This document shows positions 50,432 to 61,789 of a DNA stretch of 64,000 nucleotides, piece by piece; position 1 is the first letter of the stretch; each line of letters starts with the position of its first letter. Under the pieces are notes generated by a model. That model saw nothing but the letters and a program-made list of their open reading frames with translations. It was not told the origin of the DNA and did no database searches. The stretch comes from Hypanus sabinus (Eukaryota). Location of the stretch: assembly GCF_030144855.1 (NCBI RefSeq), contig NC_082707.1, forward strand, positions 155,372,001-155,436,000, written 5' to 3'. A program made the position numbers and the translations under genes.

Positions 50432-52825
50432 TCTTTCTTTTTCAATCTTTTTATTGAGTTTCATATATATATATAAGAAAAAACATAACATAATAATGAA
50501 TAGGTTATAAATACAATAGACTTGAAATTGCATTAATAATAGGATAATGATATCCTATTAAACATCAACAAAAAAAGGTACATTAATCAATCAAGTCTAT
50601 ATAATTATATATGAAAAAAACAAAAATAATCGTCAAAAGAAAAGGAAAAAAATTTGAAAATACATAAAAGAGAATATATATTGAAAAAAAACACTAAACT
50701 AAACTAACATGGGCAATAATAACAGTTTATAAGTATATGATAGTGTCAAAAAACTCCAGAACTCCATACCTGAACAAGAATAAGCAGAGAGAAGGTCTGA
50801 AAAAGGCCAAATTAATTCATATGAAAATGTCGAATGAACGGTCCCCAAGTTTCTTCAAATTTAATTGATGAGTCAAAAATAGTGCTTCTAATTTTTTCCA
50901 AACTCAGATAAGAAATAGTTTGAGAAAACCACTGAGACGTGGTAGGAGGATTTACTTCTTTCCAGTTTTGTAATATAGACCTTCTGGCCATTAATGTTAC
51001 AAAAGCAATCATTCGTCTGATTGGAGGGGAAAACTGATTACCATCCTCATTTGGTAGACCAAAAATTGCAGTAATAAAATGAGGTTGTAAATCGATATTC
51101 CAAATTGAGGAAATGGTAGCAAATATGTCCTTCCAATAGTTATGTAAAGTGGGACATGACCAAAACATGTGGGTCAATGAAGCCACTTCTAAATGACATC
51201 TGTCACATTGAGGGTTAATATGAGAATAGAATCGAGCAAGCTTATCTTTAGACATATAAGCTCTATGTACAATTTTAAATTGTATTAAAGCATGTTTAGC
51301 ACATATAGAAGAGGAATTAACCATCTGTAAAATTTTTTCCCATTTATCTGTTGATATATTGTATCGAAGTTCTTTTTCCCATTCTTGTTTAATTCTATCT
51401 GATATTTCTGGTTGTATCTTCATAATCATGTTATAAATAAAAGCTACTAATCCCTTCTGACAAGGATTAAAAGTGAAAATCAAATCTGAGAAATCCATTG
51501 AAGTTGAATTGGGAAAAGATGGTAGAACTTTATGTGAGAAATTTCTGATTTGTAAGTATCTAAAAAAATTAGATTTAGGTAATTTAAATTTGTTGGAAAG
51601 TTGGTCAAAAGACATCAAAGTACCTTCAAAAAAAAATCACGAAAACATTTTATACCTTTCCTTTTCCATATGCTAAAAGCTTGATCTATCAATGAAGGTT
51701 TGAAAAAAAAATTAAGTAAAATAGGGCTATCAAGAACAAAGTTTTTCAGAGTAAAAAACTTACGAAATTGAAACCAAATTCGTAGTGTATGTTTGATAAC
51801 AGGATTAGATATCTGTTTATTGAATTTAACTAAATCAGCAGGAAGAAAAGAACCAAGAAAGGAGAATAGAGAATATCCCTTTACCTCACTACATTCCAAA
51901 TTTACCCACTGTGGACACAATGGCGAGTCCAAATCTAGTTTCCAATACATTAGGTTACGAATATTATTCGTCCAATAGTAAAATCTAAAGTTAGGTAAAG
52001 CTAAACCACCATCTTTTTTAGATTTTTGTAATTGCCTTTTACTTAACCTGGGGTTTTTATTTTGCCACACAAATGAGGAAATTTTTGAATCAATGTTGTC
52101 AAAAAAAGATTTAGGAATAAAAATTGGTAAGGCTTGAAATAAATATAAAAATTTCGGTAAAATCATCATTTTAATAGCATTAATCCTACCAACTAATGAT
52201 AGGAATAAGGGAGACCATCTTGTAGTAAATTGTTGAATTTGATGAAGCATAGGTAAAAAATTCAGTCTAAATAAATCTTTATATTTCTTGGTGATTTTTA
52301 TACCTAAATAGATAAAGTTATCAGTAACAACTTTAAATGGTATCCTGTCATTCAATAAGGTTTGCGCGTTTAAGGGGAATAATTCACTCTTATCTAAGTT
52401 TAATTTATAACCAGAAAAACTACCAAATTGAGCCAACAAGGATAAAATAGCGGGAATAGACCTGTCAGGATCAGAAATATATAACAGCAAGTCATCAGCA
52501 TAAAGTGATAATTTGCATAACTTCTCATTACGGGTGATACCAAAAATATTAGGAGATTCACGAATAGCAATGGCTAAAGGTTCTAATGCAATATTAAATA
52601 ATAAAGGACTTAAAGGACAACCTTGTCTCGTACCACGAAATAATTGAAAAAAAGAGGATCTATAATTATTTGTAAGAACAGAAGCAACAGGTTTATAATA
52701 TATTAATTTAATCCATGATATAAAATTAGGACTAAAATTAAAATTTCTCAATGCATTAAATAAGTATGTCCATTCAACTCTATCAAAAGCTTTTTCAGCA
52801 TCTAATGAGATAACACATTCTGGGG
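50432..52825 (-). mobile_element. 5'-truncated L1 (2394 bp), same family as 32296-38371, sense to TALPID3
   Basis: Perfect 17-bp TSD TGCTCCAATTATATCAT at 50415-50431 and 52826-52842. ORF2 is open except for one homopolymer frameshift near 51630. AATAAA on the minus strand at 50450-50455. Inserted at the end of an old CR1 relic (about 50050-50430). Confidence 0.97.
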
Positions 52826-55732
52826 TGCTCCAATTATATCATAGGTAATTTTTTTTTAAATGGGATCAAAGATAATGGACTTCTATTTCAGTTTGGGGGA
52901 TTCAGATATAAATGATGAGGGAACATTAGTTTCTTTCACAGATGTGCTGTATTGTGCTGTAGGTTTTCTATGGTGCAGGAGCTAACCAACAGGATAAATG
53001 GATTAGTAGTTTGAGAAGCGGCATGTTCCTTCCACCATCTACACCAAGCTTGTATGTTCCCATTGCAAACGTTCTATAGCACCAGAAACCTATCAATACT
53101 TTTGGGAAACGATGGGTGAATTCTAGTTCATAATACTTGGAATCCAGCCTCTAAATGTGCACAAAGATATCAACTGCTTACTGCACCTCAACTACCAAGG
53201 ATGGGTGACTTCAGTTCCGAAGTGCAAATCCTGGATATTGTCCAATTTTCCCATTATTCTTGCAGATTAGCTCCAATCCAGCAGAAGCTTGTTGGAGTTC
53301 AGATACGTGATAGAGTCTGGATTGTAGTGAAATAGACTAAAAAGTGTTGGGTTTTCACTAAGATTGTCTCTGTTGTGAGCCTGTTGGTTAGGATTGTAGC
53401 TGGCATGCCATCATGAAGCAAAACTGAGATAAACTTGAATATACTGAACCCTTATGGATAGAGGTCCAAAAATTTGCCACCATCTGAATGAAGAATTTTC
53501 TTCACATTCGGTCAAGCATATCATGACATATACCAATAACTAATTTATTTTGTTTTATCTATCATCATGGCCCCAAAATATCTGTGTTAGCAGAAAACAT
53601 TAACACAAAAAAATCATACTAAAACTCTCAAGAGCCCTGCTGCTCTTTTAGACAGTGCTTCACAGAAAAAGGTTAACTCCTAGCCAAAAGGAGCTACAGA
53701 GTATTCATGACTTAGGATTTAATAAATTAATTGCCCTGTAATTCAGCATATTTTGCCTCTGTGTAGAGATTCTGCTTCTGTACCAAAACCCAGAATGTTT
53801 GCTGAGAATAACAAGGAAATCCAGGGGTTAATAATCTCAAATGGAAATTGTTCCTGAATTGGAAGCCACCATGTCTCAAGTGAAAAGTAAAAACTTTACA
53901 GACACCTGATTGCCAAGGTCTAGCAGAAAATCAGTAACCTAAAACTACAGTAAGCAGGAGACTTAACTTGCTGACAACCATAATATGCATAGGGTTCTCA
54001 GCATTATTCATGTTATTTAAAGGCCAAACTTTCAAGGCCACACCCAATGAAAACCAAAAACAACTAAATTTATCAGAGATAGAGTGGTATTCAACATCGA
54101 CTGAAAGGAATATATCAACAATAACGCTATCCTTGATGTGAACAACTTGGACTATATCCTACAGCAACCTATCTATATGGTTCAACCTCATTCTCACTTG
54201 TGACCAATAAGAAGCCTAAAAGATAAATAAACTATTTTTAAAAATGAAAATAAATTTAAAAAATAAAGTCAACTGAAAAAAAAACACATTGTAAGCAGAT
54301 TATATTGGAGCTGAAGTTCTTGAACCTAATTATGTAAGGCTCTAAAGAGATTACAACAGGAATATTGTGAAGTCTCCTAACCCAAACTTGTGATAAAAGT
54401 TAGTGCAGCAAGAGTTAACTAGATTGATTCCTGAGTTGACCATATGAGAACGGACAATGAACACAGATGACTGAATCAAGCAGCACAAGAGATGAACTTG
54501 ATGGAAACAATAAGAAATTCTTACGAAGCTCAACAAGTTAAATATGGAGATGATATTTCCCCAAAATGAATTATTTGAACCAAAGGTTTTACCTCAGGGA
54601 ATGGAGTCAGTCATATTGTATAGTGATGAAAAGAAATATTTTCACTCAGAGAGTACTGAGTGACTATAGCAACTCATTCATTTACTTTTTCCAAGACATA
54701 CATTTATAGAAATTTGAACATTCTGGGAACCAGGAAAAATGGTGCTCACATAAAAGATCAGTGAAAATCTCCTAACAGCACAGTAAGCACAAGATTGAAT
54801 TACCTAGAACAGCTTCTTTTCCTTCTATAGAGAATGAATAGGAAGTGCCTATTTTCTTTAAAAGAAGGATTGATGAAAAATCAAGCATTTTATTTTCATA
54901 GTTATTGGTAGAAAAACTAGATGGGAATGAAATAATTTTTTTTTCACTCAGAGGACTACAACTCATGGTCTCAAAGAGCAGCTGACACTCATACTTAATG
55001 ACTGTAAATCAAATGGATGGAAACCAAATATTCTGAAGCAGCAGAGAAATATAGGAATCCACATATAGGAATGAATGTAAACTGTGCACAAGAATTCCCA
55101 AAGGCTGATGGAATATTAACCTTTCTCTCATGGAATTTTCAGTGCACACGGATAAAATTTATATCATAGGCTTACAGTATAAATAGTCCTGGTCTTTGCA
55201 ACAGTCTTAAGAACACTGGAGTGAGTTCAGAGCATCTCTCTCTGGGAAACATTTACTGACATTATAGGAGACAGGGCATTTACTCATCAGATTACAATAG
55301 GGCAAAAAATAGATTCAAACAGGCAAGTTGAAAAGACCTTGCATATATTTGCTTCAGAGTAAAAGATGACAGGTCTAATTAACCTCTTCAAAAGGATGAA
55401 TGATTTGAAAGGATATAATGGATGAGTGAGTTCAAAACATTGAAGCATAAACGTAAAATTAAAACTAGCCTCTTCACATGCAAGTGTAAAGTTGGAACAC
55501 TGATTACCTAAATGGTATTGCAGGTGGGTACACAGAAAAATTCAAAACTACTTGCCAATTTTTAAAGGGCAAGTATTAAGGATCAAGAAATCATTAGGTT
55601 TCATTAGGTTGGAGTAAATGAAGATGTCACAGATGAAAATAATATAATTTAATGTGAAGTTTGCAAGAGCTAATTGCATTCCTGTTTCAGCTTTCAAAAT
55701 TAATTAAATACTGCAACACCAAGAATACCATC

Positions 55733-56310
55733 TCAGCTCCGGATTTGTCCTCAGGGTTTACTCCCGAAGCTTTTCCCATAAGTGGGTATGGCTGCAAGGC
55801 AGTGGAGGTTTGAAATCAGAGTTTTCCCTTTCTTAGATGGACTGCCGTCCCAGGCTGACGAGCTCCATCTACCCGAAGCACTGTTTTTAAGGTGCCAAGA
55901 CCTGCGTTCGCCCCTTCTCCTGTCAGTAGAAACAGTTCCGCTGGGCTTAGAGGCTAAGCCACATGAGAAAGCCAGGAGTTGGACTTGATTGTCAGAGGCT
56001 ATTTGAGGCACATGCCGTGAGGAGCACTTTTAGGTAGTGGGAGCTTGTCCCACTACCACTCCTCGGCTTAACAACCTTGACATCCCTAAGGCAGTCCGAT
56101 GTTGTCTTCAACCTCGAAGGAGTTGTCTTCAACTCCTGCAACATCACTGGTGCCAAGCTGTATCGGCGCTTGCCCTTCCCTTGGACAGCGTCGGTGACAT
56201 GGAGGGGGAGACTTGCTACTTGGGCAACTGCCAGTCTTCCATACAACCTGGCTGAAGCAAGACTTCCCAGGCGTAGATCCATGTTCTCACAAGACTAACG
56301 GATGCCATCC
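55733..56310. mobile_element. RTE-related non-autonomous element with an internal inversion
   Basis: Block 55733-56080 is colinear with 46567-46812, while block 56083-56310 is reverse-complementary to about 46440-46565. Degenerate TSD ccaagaataccat / ccaataatactat. Confidence 0.65.
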
Positions 56311-56915
56311 AATAATACTATAACTTTAGTAAAAATAACACACAGAATAGCAGTAGTAAATGTAATTAACTGCCTTATTCCTGGGATATTGAATTTCCTG
56401 TGGACTAAGGAAGAGTAATCATAGGCAAGCAAAAATAAACTCAGTATGCAGCTGAAGGGTAAAGTGGGTCATACAGACTTTATGAAAGAATAGGTGGGGG
56501 GAAGAGAAAGCAAAAGCTAGGGGATTGTGAGATGACCAGGGAAGCAAAATCTGGAAGGAAATGAGAGACAGATAGACAGAGAGACGTCCGATATGCTTCA
56601 CTTGACAAGTACCCTGAACCTTAGTAATAATCCAAAGCTTTAGTTACTAATAAAGCAATATTTTATCATTTTATGTACTTGCATTGACGTTTCTTTAGGA
56701 GCTTACGTGTTCCCACCATAATCTGAGTTCAGGAGAGCAGCCAGAATTTTTACGTTGAGACTGAAGGTAGACACGTTTGCAATTTATGCATTGTCATGTA
56801 ACACAACTTTGTCTGGAATGTAATTCCTTGGTAAATCAATAAATATCTGCTTGGTAAAATATGCATCCTTGTGATTCATGGTGAAGGTAATGCTAAAAGC
56901 ATGTCTTAGTCATAC

Positions 56916-56991
56916 CTTTGAGTTTGCTGCCATCTGCTGCTGCTGTTGAAAGGTTTTCTTCAGTTCCATGTACATCACTTGAACTTGAAAG
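56916..56991 (-). CDS. KIAA0586: Probable KIAA0586/TALPID3 coding exon (76 nt, phase 0->1; LSSSSDVHGTEENLSTAAADGSKLK-G)
   Basis: T-rich tract then ...aaaccAG acceptor and AAG|GTATGA donor on the minus strand. The frame is open and its phase-1 end joins the 44188 exon in frame (K-G-N-D-I). Sequence is poorly conserved, so the call rests on splice signals, size and phase. Confidence 0.6.
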
Positions 56992-57504
56992 CTGGTTTCA
57001 TGAAATACAAAAAAAAAGTAAAATTTGACAAAGAAGTTGCATAAATGCATCAGACCTAAAAAGAGAACAATTATTTTTTGAAAAACTGCCTCTTTTTGGA
57101 GCTGGGAGAATGGGATGCAGTAGTAGTGAAGAGAGACAGGGAGAGAGAAGTGACACATCTGACCTGCCCTACTTTTTCCACATTATGCTACAATTTCCAA
57201 TCAATTCCCTCCACTAGCATCCAGCCCACCCCCATTTTCCTCCCGAGGTCAGCATGCCAGAAGCAAATTCCTTTCTTTCATTTACTGGACAGTATCACAG
57301 CAGGTAGGCCCTTCAATCTTGCACCCAAAGGCTGTGACTATTTAGAACATTGTTGATGATGCTGCTCCAACAAGGGATCAGTGCATGCTTCATGCTCAGA
57401 GGACACTACCTAAAGATCTTTTTTTGGCAATATGCTTAGAGATTTAATCACTTTCCTTCAATTAAATTTAAAAAATTACATATTTGAGGATCATCACATT
57501 TAAC

Positions 57505-58060
57505 ACACACAAAATGGTTGAGGAACTCAGAAGGTCAGGCAGCATTTATGGAAAGGGATAAAGAATCATCACTTTTCACTGACGTCATTCATCCAGTCTG
57601 GAAAGGAAGAGAGAAGAAGCTAGAATAAGGAGGAGGAAGGGGAAGGAGTACAAGCTGGAAGGTGATAGGTGAAGCCAGGTGAGAGGGAAGGAAGGTGGGT
57701 GGGACCACAACAGGGAGGATTTCATAGTGGCAAACCTTTTTAATTCCATTCCCCATTCCCGTTCCAACATGTCAGTCCACGGCATCCTCTATTGTTACAA
57801 TGAGGGTGCTCTAAAGTTAGAGGAGCAATACATCCATATTCTGCCTAAGTAGCCTCTAATCTGAGAGCAAGAACATCAATTTTTCTGAATTCTGGTCATT
57901 CTCCCCACCCCCTTCTCCATTCCGGCTCCCTTCTTACTTTTCACCTCACCTGACCTGCCTATCACCTTTCTCTGGTACCCATCCTTTTTTTTCTTCCATG
58001 GAACACTCTCCTCTCCTTTCAGACACTTTCTTCAGCCATTTACATTTTCCACCTATCTTT
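57505..58060. mobile_element. Penelope-derived fragments in inverted arrangement
   Basis: acacaaaatg..gaggaactcag.aggtcaggcagcat terminal block, then opposite-orientation pieces (ggtgataggtg versus cctatc/tatcacc). Confidence 0.7.
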
Positions 58061-58565
58061 TCACTTCAACATACCACAAGACTGCCACAAGTTGACAAGA
58101 AGCAGCCACTTTCAGACAGACCAACTTCACATAAGTGTGAGTCATTCAATGAGAGTTCAGAGCTGTCATGTTCTCATAAGATTTAGAAGGTATAGAGAAT
58201 TCTTTCAAGGAAGCCTAAATATCAAGGAAATGGAGGACTGGACAAAAAATAAAGGAAACATATGACAGGTCTAGAGAACTGAAACAGAGGGGGAGCTTAC
58301 AAAAATATAGAAGTTATAGAGGAAATTAGGAAGTTAAAGCGGGGCATGAAATATCACTGGTGGACAAGATTAAGAAAAAAACAAATTATTTTAGAAGTAT
58401 ATTAACAGCAAGAGGGTAATCACAAAATTTTTAGGACCCAGTGTGGACCAACCAGACATAAGGCACAGATAAGGTTCTTCATGAATACTTTCCATCTATC
58501 TTCACTGAAGGACATTGCAGTTGGAGATGACTGAGAATGGAGAAACAACAAAATTCCAGAATATA

Positions 58566-60189
58566 CAGTGCCGTCTAAAAATATTCAGACTCCAACCCTT
58601 TGTTCACATAAATGAGTATTACAACCAGAATTTGTGTTTGTAAATCACATGTCCATTTTTCCCATAGTAGAACTCTTTAAAAAAAAGGGAAAATTGCAAT
58701 TCACAGAATATTTTAAAAATTTTATTTGAAATATCAACAGTTTAAAAGCATTCCTCCCCCTTTCCTCAGTACTTAATTGAACAAACTCTTGCAGCTATTA
58801 CAGCCAGTAGTCCTTTTGGATAAGATTCTATAAGCTTCGCACCATGTGATGCAACAAGATTGCCCATTCCTTCTTACAAAATTGCTCAAGCTGTGCCAAG
58901 TTAATTGGGAGTGGCAGTGGAGAGCAATCTTGAAGTCTTGCCAGAGATGTTCGATCGGGTTAAAGTCAGAACTCTGACTGCGGCAATCAAGGACATCAAT
59001 TTTCTTTATTTAAAGCCACTCCATGTTTCCTCTGGCAGTGTGCTTAGGGTCACTGTCCTGCTGAAAGATGAACTTCCCCCCCCTTTGGAAGCTTTCTGGC
59101 AGAGGCTAGCAAGTTTTCAATCCAGGGTCTCTCTGTAGTTAGCAGCATTCATTTTCCTAGCAATCCCGACCAGATTTCCAGTCCTGCTAAAAAGCATCCC
59201 TGTAGCATGATGTTACCTCCACCATACTTTACAGTAAGGATGGTATTACCTGGCTGATGTGCAGTATTAGATGTGTGCCCCACCAATCGCTTAGTGTTGA
59301 GGCCAAAAAGTTACACTTTAGTCTCATCTAACCACAAGACCTCCTTCCACTTTACTGCATCTTTGGTGATGCTTTGCAAAGTCTTTATGGGCAAAGATGG
59401 GCTTTTTTTTAAGCCAGGGCTTCTTCCTAGCCACTCTTTAATAAATGCTCTTTTTGTGCAAGGCCTTAGAAATTGTGGAGCCATGAACTTTATCTCCAGA
59501 TGCAGCCACTGACTTCTGCAGCTCACTCCGAGTGACTGTTGGCATCATAGTAGCCTCTCTTACAAGTGCTATTCTTCTCCAGCAACTAAGTTTAGAGGGA
59601 CAGCCTGACCTAGGTAGAGTGGCTGTGGTTTCATACTTTTTCCATTTTTTCACAATGGACCACACTGAGCTTTAAGTGTATGCTTTAAGTTTAAGCTTTA
59701 AGGTATGCCCAGTGCCTTTGAGATGGTCTTGTACCCTCCCCCAGATTTGTGTTTCTCTATGAACGTGTTCCTGACTTTCTTGAATGCGCTTGTCTTCGCT
59801 TTCATTTGGTCTGTTGAAAATGTAGGAACAGTATGCTATTCCTACCATACTGTTGGACCTTACAGAGAGAGGAGTATTTATTCTTATGAATTCATTGAAA
59901 ACAGGTGATTCTCAAATTTTCTACATCAACAAATTGATTGCGTTGGGAAGGTAATATATAGCATTGCAGCTGAGAAAAGGTAACATAGTAATCAAAAAGG
60001 GGATGAATTCTCTTTCAGCCTCAAAACTTTGGTTTTTAATTTTTAGTAAATTGTTGACTGGTTTTGAAATTTTTCTTGATTTGCATGGTGCACAGCATTT
60101 TGCTGATTAGCTCAAAAATTCCTACTTCAATACATTTTAAATTTAGATAATAAGACAGTATAATGTGAAAATACCTTTACAAGGAATTG
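58566..60189 (-). mobile_element. Tc1/mariner DNA transposon (about 1.62 kb), decayed
   Basis: TA|CAGTGCC left end and degenerate ...caaggaattg|TA right end. Minus-strand transposase pieces IVKKWK...LPRSGCPSKL...LVREAT..PTVT..ELQ and KWKEVLWLDETKV. Flanked on both sides by CR1 remnants (about 58200-58560 and 60192-60310). Confidence 0.9.
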
Positions 60190-60334
60190 TACAAAAACGG
60201 TATTAGCAAGACATCGTCAGGGACTACTGAGATATATCTCAAACTGCAAAGGACGAATTAGCTGGAGCACTGATAGAGGTTTCTAAATCTTTGCTGACTG
60301 CATGAAAAACCCTCCAAGAGGACCATAACTTTGT

Positions 60335-61237
60335 TTACAGGGCTGAAAGCTTGCATGCCTCAAAGACCCAGAGAGCTTTGTTGGCTGGAGTCGGACTTGT
60401 GCCTTGGCTCTTGGTAAAGTCACCCACGTGAAACAGGTAAAAGGGTAGAGGCCTGACTAAGAGTGGTCCACTGGTCCTCCAGGTTTGGGGGCTCAGCTCA
60501 GAGCTAGCAATCCTAACTGGTTCAAAAATAATTATTACAGAAACAGCAATGAAGAATCCTTCTACACCTGTGTGTAACAGTATGCCTAGGTCTCCACCTA
60601 GAACTTGCATGGCTGACAGTAGTGAAAACCAAGAGGAAGCTACTGGCATGATGAAGGAAATGGCACCAAGTCAAGACCAAAATTGGTTGTTGGAATAGCA
60701 GAAATGTGTTGTTACAACCTACAAATACTGGGCGTCAATGAAAGCAGATGACAGGGTCTGGCTGACTAAAGGCAGCAACTAGTGAAACGGTTTTAATCTC
60801 AGGAAGGGAATATAGTCAGCATCATGATGGTGTAGTTGTCATTTTGAAAAAAAGGCATTGAGAAGTATTTGCTGAAGTGGAAGTAGGCTGAAAGGGAAGC
60901 AAGTGAAAATGGGAGCGATCCAGTGCTATGCTCCAACTAATGATAGTGACACTGAAGGATGTCTTCTACGAGCATCTGCAATCTGAGGTAGAGTTAACCA
61001 TACCATAACATAATCATTGCCATGGAAGATCTAACTGCCAAAGTGGGAAATAACAACTCACACTTAACTAGGATCGCAGGCACTCATGGATGTGGAATAA
61101 CAATGGTGAAAGACTGGTGGAATTCTGTGCCATGAACAACCTGGTCGTAGAATGGATCCCCTTTCTGCACCATGAAATATACAAACTGACATGATTCTCA
61201 TTCAATAGATGTGACAAGAACCAGATTAACCATTTGA
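60335..61237 (+). mobile_element. RTE-clade LINE 5' UTR plus endonuclease fragment
   Basis: QCYAPTND, EDLTAKVG, NNGERLVEFCAMNNLV, HKLT and NQINHL, all RTE-type endonuclease motifs, with frameshifts. Confidence 0.75.
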
Positions 61238-61372
61238 TCACAAACACGAGAAAATCTGCAGATGCTAGAAACCAAGCAACACATACAAAATGCTGGTGGA
61301 ACACAACAGGCCAGCAACATATATGGAAAAGAGTAAACAGTCAACGTTTCAGGCCGGGACCCCTTCATCAGG
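61238..61372 (-). mobile_element. Penelope terminal fragment containing the best hammerhead core in the window
   Basis: Minus strand reads cCTGATGAaggggtcccggcctGAAACGTTgactg (61338-61372). Confidence 0.8.
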
Positions 61373-61789
61373 TTTGCTGCGTGAATTAAGTCACTGGAAA
61401 AAAGTACTGTTAGATACAAAGCAGCTTCTTATTCGACAAAACAAGATACATCAGGCATCATATGGAGACGCTTTCAGTGGAAAAGGTCTGTCTGGCCCAA
61501 CGTGGGACTTGATATTTTATGTGCTAAACATCAAAGGGAAATTCCATACTTGCAATGTGTCCACAACACTTCCTTTGAAACTACACACAAACTTCTCACC
61601 TCCTGATTCACAGCCACACCATAAACATCTAAATTAATTTTAACTAGCATTATCTGGTCCGTGATTTAAGGCTTTTATGAACTCAGTGTTCAGAGCTGCA
61701 CTTTAAATTAAATCTACAATTCATATTCAGATTTCAATTGGTGTAGTCATTTGCTAAACGTAAATGTGCTAAACCCTAAAATCACTCAG

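Noticed and set aside
53000-53520. Coding-like texture suggesting an old LTR/pol relic
   Set aside because: No diagnostic motif could be read in any frame, so it is left unannotated.
56910-57158. ORF ending in polyQ (FQQQQQMAANSK)
   Set aside because: Alternative frame of the 56916-56991 exon. Splice phase requires the TAAADG frame.
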